63,841 nt of DNA, filler included, from Hausera hauseri (GCA_046269625.1; 12 parts of 12 records of this genome joined end to end with filler, not necessarily neighbours in it); one strand, 5' to 3'. Shown: positions 38,258-51,111, counted from the whole stretch's first letter. Numbers and translations are program-made. Notes: a model not told the origin generated them from the letters alone.

Positions 38258-41200
38258 TCAATACCATGCCTGCACATCAGAATGCATTGAGGGCAAAATT
38301 ACTTGTCGGTGGAGTAAACGAAAAGTGGCTTTAGCACCAGGATAATGTAGCGAATGTACACTGTTGAATGCTTGCCTTTGTAAAGATGGTGCAAGAATTA
38401 TTACGGAATGACATGGTTTGGAAGTGTCTAAAGCCACGCCGTCAACGATTGTGCAAGACTTGAAAGAATTAAGCATGTCCTGAGGTGGCTGGTTCTGTTG
38501 AAGCTGAGCTTGCATAAAAAACGGTAAAAAATTGATCGCACTAACGAACCTAGATTTGCAACTAAATTATTAACCCCGTTAATATGTTTTATGTCGAATT
38601 TAAATGTAAAAAAATAAGATATCTGTCGTTCTTGGCGTGTGGAAGGATGTTTCATAGTTATGATGTTAAGTAAGGATTGGTGATCGGTTTGTATAATAAA
38701 ATGGCGCGCGACAAGTAGGTGGGAGAAATGCTTTAAAGCAAAAACGATAGCCAATAATTCTCGATCGAACGTTGAATATTTAGTTTCAGGTGATGTTAGC
38801 TTGCAAGAGAAAAATTCTAGCGGTTGATTTTCGCCTTTGTAGATCTGGTAGAGAAGAGCACTTACTGCAGTAGTTGAAGCGTCTGTGGTAATGATGAGTT
38901 CCGCATCAGGCTTTGGGAAAGCGAGAATGTCGACGGTCTTAATTCCGTCTCGTATCTTATCAAATTTGTCTACCAACTCAGGTGTCCACTGGATTGGCTG
39001 ATGTTTTTTGCCACCGTTTAAGTGTGCAAATGGTGCTGTCAATTCAGAGCAATATTATACATATTTATGTACAAAGTGTATTGTACCAAGGAAGCTGCGC
39101 ATTTCGGTGGTCGTACATGATAACTGATTATTTTTAAGAGCTTCAACGCGGTCTGGTTGAAGAGAGTGGCCGTGTGGTGAAATAAAGTGGCTCAAAAAGT
39201 TGATGCGTTTTTTGAAGAAATGGCATTTGTCAAAATTGACTTGGAGATTTTGGTGGTAACGGCGTTGGAATATTGCGCAAAGGTGTTCCTCGTGTTGTTT
39301 GGCCGAAGAAGAAACGATCAGAATATCATTAATGTTAGAGTGCGCAAACGGAATATCTGAGAGAATTGAGTCGACATGGTGCTGAAAAGTCTGTGCGGCA
39401 TTTCGCAAACCGAACGGCATATACAGGTACTCGTAGAGGCCAAAAGAAGTAGTGACAACAGTTTTTCTGCCTGCGGGTGCCACCGGTATTTGGTGGTATG
39501 CCTTGGCCAAATCTATAGTCGAATAAATGGTAGTTGAATTAAGGCGATACAGGATGTCCTTAATGAGTGGTAAGGGTACGCATCCATGATGGTCAAGTTG
39601 TTCAAATTGCGGTAGTCACTGCATGATCTAAAAGTACTGTCCTTTTTTGTACAACATGACGACCAAAAAGATTTGTAACGGCGTACAATGCAGGAGCGTT
39701 CCAGTTCGAGGAATTCGTCATCTACGGCCTGTCTACAACGCGGTGACAGTGGTCGTACCTTTTTGCGTATTGGTCGTTGATGCTGTTTGATTATGTGATG
39801 TACAGTGCTGTTTGTAGGGGTAAACGAACGATCTTTTTAAGTACTCGTGGACATAATGTGGTAACAAATTGCTGTAAAGTTGTAGGCAACTATGAGAGAT
39901 TCTGTGATGATGTTGAAACAACTTGAGTAGTAGCAGCTGCAATTTGTGAATTGTTTGGTGATATGCAGTCAAGTGGTATTTGGTGTAAGATGGTCGAATT
40001 TAAAATTGTATTTGATGAAGTCATTTTGTCGAGTAAATTAAGTTTGTTGACATTACCACAGTTGGCGACATGGAACCTCGACTCGATTTCAATATTATTA
40101 TTTGAAAATTTACGGAGTGAAATATTACAAAAATTCAAAGTAATTTTTGGTTTTCTGAAAATTGATCTCCGCATCTCAATTGACTGCGCGATAGTCGAAA
40201 TGCTATTGACATGCTGAGCAACGTTGCCAGTGATGCCCTTCCTTAGACATTGTTAACTGCAGTCAACCAATAAATTATAATGTGATGGAAAATCAGAGTC
40301 TAGAATTGCCGTCTGGACGTGAGCAGCTGTGAATGTCCTGTTGATAGTAAAGGAAATTTTGGTAAGATAAAAGATAATTTAGTTATGCCAGAAATGTGCA
40401 GCGGTTGACCTCAAGTGGGGTATAAGGGTTTAATTCTGAATGGTTAATCTTGTACAGGAAAGGTTTGTGGAAATAAGGAAATTTCTGCACCTGCATCAAT
40501 GAAGAAATCAACGGATTGCGTTGTAGGATCGGTGATTTCAGCCTTTAGAATAAAGACGGCAAAAGAGGTGTGCCGACATTCAGAAGATGAAGTAGTGCCT
40601 TTGCCAGATCTTGCCGTGAATTCTTGTGGCAAATTTAGTTTCTTTAAAAAGGGGAACTAGGACGACTATTAGAAGAAAAGATAGCACGTCCGTCGTTGGT
40701 ATCTGGTTTGAAAGTGCAGCTTGGAACGCATTTACGAGCTTGGTTTTTAAACTTTGTATGCTAAGTGAAAACAACTGTGTCTGAAATGAACTGTTTTTAT
40801 AAAATTTGCACCCTATGCAGCATTTCGTGGCATTTTTATTCAATCTGCGGTGATAGTAACAGATAGACGACCGCGAAGGCAAATGATGATCGGTTTCTAG
40901 ATGCAGAATGGGCGACGTAGGCAACAAAATCCCTTTGCCGGGACGGGGAAAGTTCGTTTAATTTGTTGTTAATAGTGTTAATTGTTGCTTGTAGTGCTGT
41001 ATTTTCGGTACGTAACTGATTTAGTTGTTGCTCTATTAATGTGAGTAGATCGCGTCTCTACCATCCCGATCTCAACATCACTTATTTATCCATAAGATAT
41101 TTATTATAAAAGTTTATATAATATTTATCTCCTTCATTCGGGAAATGAGCCTTATTTTCCTTTTTTTTGAATTTCCTGACTTTCTGTTGGCTGTTTACTG

Positions 41201-42287
41201 GATTACCTTTGAATTAAATTTAAACCTTAATATCCGTTTAAATTCCTCCTCTCAACTGATGTGTTATTGTTTTGGATACCGGTAGTGGCAACTGCTGCCG
41301 AAACGATTGGTGGGGTGTATAAGTGTAGAACGTCGTGTGTTTATCGGTTAATTCGGACAATTTCTCAAGAGCCGTGGAGTCCTCCACTACGGTAAGTAGG
41401 GTCCGAATTTGGATGGGTAACGCGTTGAGGAAGTAGTGGTGCAGTAGTTCTGGATTGTGTTCTTTAGTGATTCCAAGGGTTTGTAGATGTGGTAAAGAGG
41501 TGCGTAAAAGTCTGATGGTCGTTGTGTGCCTATAGCATTGTCTTGGAAGAAGTCTTGTATGATCGTCTCCATTGAGGGTTTTGTGATCTTAAAAACAGCA
41601 TTGAAGAGTTGTGAATATGGATCAGGAAGTTTAAAGATTTCAATAATGTTGTGAATTCGTATTTTGATGTTAGGGAATAAGAAGAGTAGGTTGTGTGCTT
41701 TAGTTAAGGAATTGGTGACGTTATTGGCTTGTAGCCACAGTTGGTGGAATTGCAACCAAGTTTTGCTGGAGCCTTGGTTGTCAATAAAAAATTCGGTGCA
41801 GTAAGGGAAAGGAGCGGAAGAGGTAGTAGGTGAAGGATTCTTATCGGACGTAGGAGTGGGTTTTTGGAGCAGTATGACAGATTTTGGTTTCGTGGTGGTT
41901 TTATCCGTGGTGTCTGTTGTTGGCGATGAATTCATACCACCACGGATGCGGAAGTGTATATGAAGGTGGATATAAGTTGAATAAGATTGTATGGTTCCCG
42001 CGATAGGTAGTGATAACTGTTGCGCGTGAGGTAGAAAGCAGATGAGCAAGTAAAAGTGCAGATAGTGTTGTAAATTTCTACGGTGTTTATGTGCGATGTT
42101 TTAATTGTGTAAACATGTTCATTATTTAAAAAAAAGGAAAATGGAAGATGGTATGGATGTATAGCCAGGGACGTGTTGCTGGGCGCCAACGAAAGTTGCC
42201 GTCCAACCCAATGGCACAGTGTGGGCGGCCGGGACTTCATCTTTGCCGTAGCAAATCCCAAACTTCGGGGTGACCGTGTTCCCCGCA
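38258..42287 (-). mobile_element. Gypsy family A copy 2: LTR (41947-42287), gag, protease, RT, RNase H, start of integrase; decayed
   Basis: LTR TGCGG...CCGCA. Motifs FIDAGAEIS, AKAYHQIP, MPFGLRNAAQTFQ, TTDAS, YSTFDRELLA, TDHQ, HSLH.PG. Confidence 0.93.
41040..41254 (-). mobile_element. Solo LTR of family B nested in family A gag
   Basis: TGTGAG...CTCTCA, homologous to 16459-16679. Flanks ATTAA and ACTGA each differ by one base from the empty-site ATTGA seen in the copy at 30955-30962. Confidence 0.85.
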
Positions 42288-42747
42288 TCGAGCTCCATCG
42301 CGCCTATAGTAGTGATTGTAAATTTTTCTGTTTGACATATTTAATACACTCGTATTCTCTGATAGTTTTACCGACGTTATTCAAAATTCTTCCGTGTTAT
42401 GTAATATAATCGCATTTTGTGGTATATGTAACGTCGTGGTTTATTGTAACATATGGTGCTAATGTCAATATTGTTTCCAGATTCTTTAAAATTTTTTTGA
42501 TTAATTTTACCTATGTATGCATCCTATGTATTGAAGGGTCAGGCGATACACGGTGTGCAACAGTTAGTATGTGCCATAAAAAATTATTTTTCTCCAACCT
42601 CTGGTGGACGCGTTGATGTCGTGCACTTAGTTGAGCAGGGATGTAGACATTCAAATACTCCCTTATTGGACGGAATGTTGCCACATCGATACTACCAGAC
42701 CGTATTTTAGGACAATTGCTAGATAAAGATGTACTGGGTACGAAACT

Positions 42748-42897
42748 TCCATCAATTCTTTCATGTTGATACTTTTCATAAATAAGAGAATCTTTCAAAA
42801 TATTTAGGACACGAATCATCTGGGAAAAGATCAACACTTTTGTCCATTTTTTTAGTTGGAGCAATAATTTATGAATGAATACCAATTGTCCCGACAT
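42748..42897 (-). pseudogene. CHD-family (SNF2) helicase C-lobe fragment
   Basis: SGQLVFIHKLL..LK...KVLIFSQMIRVLNILKD.LIY..Y.HERIDGS matches the CHD6-9/kismet SGKL..IDKLL..L....KVLIFSQM.R.LDILED.L....Y..ERIDG motif. Confidence 0.8.
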
Positions 42898-42903
42898 ATA
42901 TAC

Positions 42904-44847
42904 TGTGAGGATGTGGTTGAGAACAGAAGTACTAAATTTAAATCAGACACATTTTTAAATTTAAATTAAGATTTTAATTAGGAATTAATTGAAAAATTTA
43001 ATTAATATTACTTAATTAAATTTTTAATAAAAATCTGATTTGAATTTGGAAATTTTGTTTCAAAATAAATAATTTGGCTTATAATAAAAATTTCTACTGG
43101 TGTTTACTTTTCAATGAGTAATCCCAAACGATCCTATTTTGATTCAGCAGACATACCAGAGGGCGGGTGTTTCCCAACCCTACACCGGCTGGGCGGTAAC
43201 GTAAACGACATGGATGCGCATACTGCCAATATGGCGACTTACGCCACAATGGACATCTTCGCGAACCAATTGCTGCTTAACAAATTCAGGAAAGGCGACA
43301 AGGTAGAGAAGTTCATTAAAGGATGTGAAAAATTCTTTAAGTATATAAACACTCCGGAGGCGAAGCAAGAGATCATGGTTAAATGTCTCTTGGAGGAAGA
43401 TGCACTAGAAAGTTACGAGGCAGTAGATGCAAGGATTACGGGATTCCAAAACCGGCTACGGAAGGCTTTCGCCCGATCCTCAACGCTATGTGAAGATTTA
43501 AAAGAAGCACTCGAGTACAGAATGAATGGAGTAGAACCGGACGCTTACTTCGAGACAATCAAGAAACTTCTGGATTAAATCATGAAACACAATCTTTCAC
43601 GCGAGGCTCTAAAAGAGGAACTATTGTTCCAATGTTGTAACAATAGAGAGATGAGAAGAGAAATATGCCTCAGTGACAAACGAGACGCGGAAACAATAAA
43701 GGAGAAAATACGGAAGTTACACGAGGTGAAAATTAAGACAGAAGACGTCAACACGGTCAAGGAGTATCCGGGGATCGGTAGAAGAAGCTACCAGGAAGTG
43801 GCTGCGCAAAATATCAGGAAATCCGTTCCTAGAATCAACTCAACCCCTATTAGACCACCAAATAGTAGATGAAACTGTTGGACGTATTAGAAAAAAGGGA
43901 ATACAAGCAGAACGTGCAACATACAGAAATCGATTAAATTCTTTGGATGTGAAAAGAAGGACATATAAGCGGGCAGTGTCCCGAAAGCAAACCTATAAGG
44001 TGCTACGGATGTGGTCAGCTAGGGCACATAAGACATAATTGTGTTAACCTTAGCTGTGCAAGATTTCATCATAGGGGACGTACCAAAAAGGAATGTTACG
44101 CCAGGCTGGGGGGGAGAAGAGAAGCAGGATGGGATGCGTATAAAGTTAAAAGAAGTTACGGGGATAATCTGAACAAAAGACGGGGGAAGTCGCAAACGTA
44201 AAGGAGGAAGAAACCGAATCCGATCAGGAGTCAGCTGCCCCAAAACGCATAGCCTCGATAGAAGTGGAGCAAATCGGGGCACTACAATAGATTGAGTCTC
44301 CCAAAATATCGTTTTGTATAATAGAAGCAGATTATCAAACAGTATAGACACATCAAGAAGGCGACACGGAGACATAGTGATGGATAAAAGGACACAGGAA
44401 AAGTACGGAAATTTATGAAAACGTAAAATTTCGAGGAAGTATCCTTCAACGAAATGGAGGAAACTGTAAGCGATACGCAGATCTCCACGCTAGAAGAATA
44501 GTATGTCGATCAGATATCATACGGAAAGTTTAATGGACGACCAGTAATCAAATTAAAGTACAAGACAAATTGGAAGATTGTTTATTGGACACAGGGGCCA
44601 GGGTAAACGTAATAAGCAAGAAGATTATGGATAAGCCTGCAAACAAGTACATAGAGAAATCAGATACCACACTACGATGCGCGAACAATAGCCCCTTAGA
44701 TTGCTTGGACACACTTACAACAGACGTAGAAATCAAGGGTCTAAGGAGACTTGTGACATTTCTGGTAGTGTCGGAATTACGCCCAGAAATAATAGGTGGT
44801 GTGGACCTGCAAAAGGCATTCGGAATAGAACTGGGATGGAAACGCAT
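42904..44847 (+). mobile_element. Gypsy family B-related element: putative LTR (42904-43184), gag, aspartic protease
   Basis: Gag homologous to 25584-26602 with decayed knuckles. Protease has CLLDTGARVNVIS and IIGGVDL. Confidence 0.85.
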
Positions 44848-45150
44848 NNNNNNNNNNNNNNNNNNNNNNNNNNNNNNNNNNNNNNNNNNNNTTAATTAAT
44901 TAANNNNNNNNNNNNNNNNNNNNNNNNNNNNNNNNNNNNNNNNNNNNGTGTATTAATTTTAACCTTAGCTCAACAACATTTCAACACAACATATTCTCAT
45001 TAAATAGACTCATTATCATTAGCACAAAAATACTGATTGGTACTTAATTATCCACAACCATGCCTGCTACGTGTGTGATTCATATATCAGTGTTACCCTT
45101 GATTACTAGAGCATGTGGTCTAGGAGCCAGCCGAAGGGGCAGTCTTCCTC

Positions 45151-47139
45151 TCACGCGTTGTCGTCGTCTCCGTACGGGTAGTACAGAGGTGCGTCGGTTC
45201 CAGATCCCTCTTGTTGCTGAGTCATCTGGAACGCCAGGGGTGGGTGAGGTTCTGAGCCAGCCCTAAGTGCCTGGGAGATGGTCCTTAAACACAGCATCCG
45301 CAGAATCGGAAGCCCACACAAACAACAACAACTCATAACAATCACGACGGAAATCACCGGCATCAATATGGCAGAGATGGCACTCTTCCACCCACCAAAG
45401 AGTCTTGCAAACCATCCTTCTACCTCTGCAGAAGTACCTGAATGACTGACCATCTCCTCAGACAAGGACCTCAGACCCTTAATCGCCCTGGTGAATGTCC
45501 CCCCAGTTCCTGTATTCCCGGGAATGAAGGTACAACACGAAGCCCCAAAAAATGCACAAACCCCACTTTGTTCAGCCAAAATATAATCTAATGCAATTCT
45601 ATTTTGATAGGCCATGAGGGAGGTGGCAGCTAACTGCTCGTGCGCAGCCTGAAGGGCATCTCTAGTCAAATTATTTAACCTCTGAACATTAAAGTGTATG
45701 TAATTTATTCTGTCCACATTCTTATTCAGTGTGATCCAGGGGAGGATGCTTTCAAAACCTGCAGCCACCTGATCCACTAATTTAAATTCCGTAGGGACAC
45801 CTCTCGGGATCCCCACCGAATCGAAGTAGGCTGGACTATCTTCATAGATGTCAAAAGCACGCTTAAATCGTCTCAATTCTACAACCTGCTTGTCCTGGGG
45901 GACCCGGTGGGACGTCAACTCCTCCTCAGTGATGTTCACAATTCTCACAGGCGAGACGAGGGAAACCTCGGCACACACTCCTTCCCAATCTGCTGGCAAA
46001 ACATTCAACAGCCTGTTACCACCACAATACCAGAACACATCTGCTCTAGAAACTCTCAGCCTAGTAGCATTACTCCAGGATGTGACATCAATCAATTTAC
46101 TACACCAAGACTCGTCCACTTGTCCAACATCCACCTTCCTCTGCCGCCCCCTCCTGGCCAAACAAGTGTAGTCGTTCTTCACTGCATTGAAGATGGGCGG
46201 GGAATCTGTCTCAGGAGACATAGGGAAAAATTTCTCCAAATGTTTACAACGAGCCGAAGGGTTCTCAACAACATGCAACTCCAACATGCAAAAAAATTTT
46301 GATTCATCACTCAGCGGGGAAGGAACAGTCAATAAAGCAGGCCGGGCCTGAGCACACACAACGCAGTCAGCCACTTTGGCTTGGCTGGCTGCATCTTGCA
46401 CATACTTTACCCAGTAGTTCGCCTGAGTGAACCCCGTTTCCACAGCAAGCTCCGCGCTCGGTGCCACGTCAACTTTCAGCTCCAAATCACTGGGCTGTAT
46501 CACATGAATAATAAAATTACCAACTGGGTCACGCCCAAAGGCAGTCGCCCCCATCAAGAAAGATCCAATATCTGTGATCTGTGGATTAATCAAAGTCAAA
46601 AACATAGGATTACAAGTAAAATCATTTTTACAGTCTTCTTTGGTCTGGCCTCTCCTAATCTCCATGCGGTCTCTAAGCGGGTTCCGGCCATAGTCCTGAA
46701 ACTCATAGCCACACCCATACTCACCCCCCATCATAGCCATGATGTGAGTCGAACACACATACACCTTGCCTTTGCTGTAAGAAGCCTGGTTTGAATCACA
46801 TTTTATCACCTCGCAGAGATCAAACAGAATTGTAGCACTCTGTCCCTGCACAAAACTGAATTTGTACACCTCTCTCTGCACACCAGACCGTCTCCGCCTC
46901 TCTCCCAACTCAGCCTGTTGGAAAGATGTGTTGTCAACATTTTGCATTTTTTCAAAATCAAAATCAAAAGACGGCGGAGTTGTTGAGTTAGTCTGGTTAT
47001 CAGGTATGTTAGGTTGTGATTCAGTTTCATTTCTGATTTTCTCCATTTCTTTGTTAGATTCAAAACAAGAAACACAACAAACAAAAGAAAACAAAAACAA
47101 AAAGAACAAAAGATTTTTCTCACACCCCCTTTTTGCCAT
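45151..47139 (-). CDS. env: Intact gamma-type retroviral envelope (662 aa), teleost ERV-like
   Basis: N-terminal signal peptide, CVVC (CXXC), furin site RRFKR, immunosuppressive domain YQNRIALDYILAEQSG, CX6CC (CAFFGASCC), transmembrane helix and Cys-rich tail. Confidence 0.95.
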   Translation of the reverse strand: MAKRGCEKNLLFFLFLFSFVCCVSCFESNKEMEKIRNETESQPNIPDNQTNSTTPPSFDFDFEKMQNVDNTSFQQAELGERRRRSGVQREVYKFSFVQGQSATILFDLCEVIKCDSNQASYSKGKVYVCSTHIMAMMGGEYGCGYEFQDYGRNPLRDRMEIRRGQTKEDCKNDFTCNPMFLTLINPQITDIGSFLMGATAFGRDPVGNFIIHVIQPSDLELKVDVAPSAELAVETGFTQANYWVKYVQDAASQAKVADCVVCAQARPALLTVPSPLSDESKFFCMLELHVVENPSARCKHLEKFFPMSPETDSPPIFNAVKNDYTCLARRGRQRKVDVGQVDESWCSKLIDVTSWSNATRLRVSRADVFWYCGGNRLLNVLPADWEGVCAEVSLVSPVRIVNITEEELTSHRVPQDKQVVELRRFKRAFDIYEDSPAYFDSVGIPRGVPTEFKLVDQVAAGFESILPWITLNKNVDRINYIHFNVQRLNNLTRDALQAAHEQLAATSLMAYQNRIALDYILAEQSGVCAFFGASCCTFIPGNTGTGGTFTRAIKGLRSLSEEMVSHSGTSAEVEGWFARLFGGWKSAISAILMPVISVVIVMSCCCLCGLPILRMLCLRTISQALRAGSEPHPPLAFQMTQQQEGSGTDAPLYYPYGDDDNA

Positions 47140-47193
47140 CTTAACACAGTTATGATGGTCAAAATGAAAACTGGTTTTTTTCTCTTTTTTTTT

Positions 47194-49647
47194 TTAACAC
47201 AGTTTCTTGTTTCTCAAATTATAGGTTGAGTTCACAGCAGGTGTGGAGTTCTGTTCAGATGAGGGCCTTCTTTCTGCAGATTTTTGTTTTTTCACAACTG
47301 AAGCCCTCAGTTTTTTTCCGTTGCTTTCAACCTGCTGCACAGTTTTTTCAGCTGGAGCCCCAGCTTTGCAACAATGAGTTTTATGAATCCACCTGCTTAT
47401 TTTTTGGTCAGTTAGCCAAACCTTCAGGCAGTGAGATGTTGTCTCTGCCACTTTAAAAGGACCTTGCCACCTGGGGTTGCGCCAGTCGAACCTGGCAACC
47501 TTTCTCAGAACCCAGTCTCCTGGTTCCACAACAGCACAGTCTTCTGGGGCGTCGTCTTTCTGAGCAGCCACAATCTGTTGAGAGATGCTCATGACAGTAT
47601 TTCTTAACCGGGTCATATACTCTGACACAGCTTCATGCTGCAACTGTAAGTTATTACATTCAGTAGGCATTGTTATCAGTGGACATGGCATTCTCCTGCC
47701 AGTCAAAAGCTCATGAGGACTCACATTTAAAGACCCACTTGGGCTGGAATGCAGATTAAACAAGACTACTGGAAGTGCCTCTAGCCAGTTCAGCTTCGTG
47801 TCTGCACATATTTTAGCCAACCCCTCTTTTATAGATCTATTTGCTCTCTCTACCTTTCCCTGTGATTTTGGATGAAAGACTGCTCCAAATTGATGTCTGA
47901 TTCCAAACATCTGCTCTATTTTACCAAGATCCTTATTAGAAAAATGTCGAGCATTGTCAGATTTTATCACAGATGGCACTCCAAACCTTGGAACCACCTC
48001 ATTTGTCAACCATTTTATCACCTCAGCTGCTTTTTCTGTTCTTGTTGCTACAGCCTCGATCCATCCTGAAAAACTGTCAACACACACCAAAAGGAACCTC
48101 TTCCCTCTCACTCTGTTCTCACTGCCCATGTCTGTAAAATCTATACAGATCTCTTTCCATGGCGCTTCAGGAACAGGAAATGCACCTAACCCTGCTTTTA
48201 AGACAGCTTTTGGATTATGCTGGCAACAGATTTCACACATTTCCACAAAATACTTAGAGATTAATCTAAGATTTGGGTGCCACCACACCTGAGTAATTAT
48301 GTCTAGCATCTTTGAAGCCGAACCATGTGCTCGGCTGTGAGCTTCTTGACACAACATGCTAACAAGCTTCTCTGGGGCAACCACCTTACCCTCATGGTTC
48401 CTGTACAGCCCATCACCATCTTTCTTAGCTCCTCTGTCCTGCCACAGCTGCTTTTCTGACTGAGTAGCTTCGTTCTGCAACTCTGTGATAGCCTGAACAT
48501 CAAATTTCTTCCTCAACCAGTCCTCTGGAGTGTCAGCTCTTCCTACCTGAACCATCTGTGTTTTATTTACATAACCAGCACAAGCCTTTGCTGCTCTGTC
48601 TGCTTCAAAGTTGCCCATGGAGATTACATCACACCTTTTCTGATGACCTCGGCACTTTAATACAGCTACTTCTGCTGGCTCTCTCAGAGCATAATACAAC
48701 TCCAAAAGGTGTTGCAAATGCTGGACGGGCTTCCCCGTCGCTGTCACAAATCCCTTCCTTTTCCAGTGACATAATTCTATATGGACACATTTGTGGACGT
48801 ATTCTGAGTCTGTGTACAAGTTTACCCTCTGACCTCTTGCCAACTTACATGCTTCAATGACCGCTCGTAATTCTGCAAGCTGAGCTGAGGCTGGTTGGTT
48901 TAGTAAAGAGGTATGCACCACTTCAAACTGTCCCTGTTGTTCTGCCACTACTGCACAAGAGGTCACCAGAGAGCCTTTGTCAGATTTATGTGAGTGTCCA
49001 TCTGTAAAAAGTTGTCTGTCTGGATTGTCCAAAGGGTCTCTGAAAATGTTGTCATGAATTCTCATTTCATGATTAGTAGTTTCTACACAGTCATGATCCT
49101 GTTCTGTCGTCATATTCACTGCCATGTTGACTCCCTCAGCTGTGAAATGAATATTAGGTCTGTCTAACAGCTGCCTTATGTTTTCTGTTCTCTGTGGTGA
49201 AAATGTGAATGCCTGTGAGTCAATAAAAGCTTTTACATCATGTAAAGTGTGCACAATGACTTGATTCCCCATTGTTACATGTGATGTTTTCAGAATAGCC
49301 TGTGATATTGCAGCTACGTGTCTCACACATGACGGGTGACCCATTTGAACTTGGTCGAGTTTCGCACTGTGATACATCAGAACTCTTCTTGTTTTTTCTT
49401 CCTTTTGATACAGTACTGCATTAACAAAACCTGCATCCTCATTCACATCCAGGTGAAATGGTTTTGAATAATCTGGAGTCTGTAATGCACAGGCGTTAGC
49501 CAGTGCCTGCTTCACTTCTACAAAAGCTGTCTCTGCCTCTTCTGTCCAAATTAAAGGGGAAGCATAATTTTTGTACCCAGCTGCTGTTATCAGTTCTCTC
49601 AAAGGGAAGACTTTTGAGCAAAACGCCGGAACATAAGCTCTGCTGTA
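47194..49647 (-). CDS. pol: Intact retroviral pol, 5'-partial (RT thumb/connection, RNase H, integrase), epsilon/class I-like
   Basis: Frame open to the contig end (YSRAYVPAF...PLREL). RNase H: FTDG, SAQLAEL, YTDS, GN..AD. Integrase: HHCC and D-D-E (IDFTDM, SDNARHF, GKVERAN). Confidence 0.95.
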   Translation of the reverse strand, partial: YSRAYVPAFCSKVFPLRELITAAGYKNYASPLIWTEEAETAFVEVKQALANACALQTPDYSKPFHLDVNEDAGFVNAVLYQKEEKTRRVLMYHSAKLDQVQMGHPSCVRHVAAISQAILKTSHVTMGNQVIVHTLHDVKAFIDSQAFTFSPQRTENIRQLLDRPNIHFTAEGVNMAVNMTTEQDHDCVETTNHEMRIHDNIFRDPLDNPDRQLFTDGHSHKSDKGSLVTSCAVVAEQQGQFEVVHTSLLNQPASAQLAELRAVIEACKLARGQRVNLYTDSEYVHKCVHIELCHWKRKGFVTATGKPVQHLQHLLELYYALREPAEVAVLKCRGHQKRCDVISMGNFEADRAAKACAGYVNKTQMVQVGRADTPEDWLRKKFDVQAITELQNEATQSEKQLWQDRGAKKDGDGLYRNHEGKVVAPEKLVSMLCQEAHSRAHGSASKMLDIITQVWWHPNLRLISKYFVEMCEICCQHNPKAVLKAGLGAFPVPEAPWKEICIDFTDMGSENRVRGKRFLLVCVDSFSGWIEAVATRTEKAAEVIKWLTNEVVPRFGVPSVIKSDNARHFSNKDLGKIEQMFGIRHQFGAVFHPKSQGKVERANRSIKEGLAKICADTKLNWLEALPVVLFNLHSSPSGSLNVSPHELLTGRRMPCPLITMPTECNNLQLQHEAVSEYMTRLRNTVMSISQQIVAAQKDDAPEDCAVVEPGDWVLRKVARFDWRNPRWQGPFKVAETTSHCLKVWLTDQKISRWIHKTHCCKAGAPAEKTVQQVESNGKKLRASVVKKQKSAERRPSSEQNSTPAVNSTYNLRNKKLC

Positions 49648-49747
49648 NNNNNNNNNNNNNNNNNNNNNNNNNNNNNNNNNNNNNNNNNNNNTTAATTAAT
49701 TAANNNNNNNNNNNNNNNNNNNNNNNNNNNNNNNNNNNNNNNNNNNN

Positions 49748-51111
49748 AACACATTCAAGGATGATTCCAAACGTCAGAAAGCATACATTCTCTGTTGGAA
49801 AGAATTGTTTGAAATGATTTCCGGAAATTTAATGAAATCTCCATTGAAAAAGACGAAAGATGATTACACAACGCAAGACGAAGTCTACATCGAAAGCATT
49901 ACCGTTTATATTCGTACGATTATCATTCTATTGCAGTACGTAAAATCCGATCAATCATCATTTCAAGATTTCCTCTCGTTATTAAAATCCAAACAATTCC
50001 GGGCTCATTTTCAACCGGATTTCCCAACGATCCAATCTATCTATCTCCAATTGTATGCCAATTTAATCAATCATATTCCGGAAACATTAACGGAAAATTC
50101 CTTTATTCTGTCCCACATATGCGAATGTTTTCGAATAATCGACGAATTCAATCCGACAATTCTCTCCAATTTATGGATCATTTTGAAAAACATTCTCCCG
50201 GAATCAACAATCAAAGATGTAATCATTCAATGGGTCATTAAACACTGTCGGAATTTGTATTTCTGTGAGAATTTTGTCAGTTTACTTGCCTCAATGGAAT
50301 GTACTCTGTCTGCCAGTAATCTCCAATCGTTCTACCAGTCGTTTTTAAAACAATTGCATGGCGTTCTCATTGACAAAATATTAAACGACAACCAGTCCCA
50401 GTTGATTCTGTATGTTTCCGTTTACAATTCGTCAAATTTCCAAGTTGTCGGCAACTGTACCCATCTGAATTTCGACATTCTCGATCGCTGCGGCAATGTT
50501 ATCGATAATTTCAACTCGATAACGACGACGGCCACATTTAGCCAGGAAATAGCTAATATCATTAACAGAAAGAGTTGTGATCCATTGGCCACATTTAGCC
50601 AGGAAATTGCTAATATCATTAACAGAGTTGTGATCCATTGGCCGATTACAGTCGATTCTTGCTGGCACTCATTGATGAAAAAATTGAATTGTTTTCCCGT
50701 GTTTTCTATCCGGAATTCTTCAATCACCTGGCCGTACGAAACCAACTGGCAATTACGGAGAAATTAATCGATGTGTGGCTGAAATCGCTGTCACGAGTGT
50801 TTACGTATGAGGAAACTGGCGTTCGTCCGGTATTGCGGCAGGTCTATCAGCATTGCGGTAGTTTGGCCGGCCAAAAAGATCATTTCTATCGGTTTGTGGA
50901 CTTGCTGGACGGGCTGTTGTCGAATGCATGTAACGATACGGTATCCATTCACAATTTCGATACTACAAATACACTGAATACTACAGTAGATTTTCGAGAA
51001 AATTCATTTATTGACAATGAAGAGTTCAGGATAAATTTATCGTCGTTAGTGTCTCAATATCAAAATATACTGCTGAAGTGCGACCAAAATACTGACTCAA
51101 AAATTGAATGA
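49748..51111 (+). pseudogene. Listerin (LTN1)-like N-terminal HEAT region, frameshifted by a tandem duplication
   Basis: SLLKSKQF.......PTIQS.Y..L...L...IP..L.E....IDE.NP.I...LW resembles the LTN1 N-terminus. A 57+53-bp tandem duplication at 50530-50639 shifts the frame. Confidence 0.5.

Noticed and set aside
42511-42897. The 128-aa ORF as a complete helicase gene
   Set aside because: Only the first 50 or so residues are CHD-like; the rest is unrelated sequence.
45848-48860. Plus-strand ORFs opposite the retroviral env and pol
   Set aside because: Antisense shadows of intact genes with no independent motifs.
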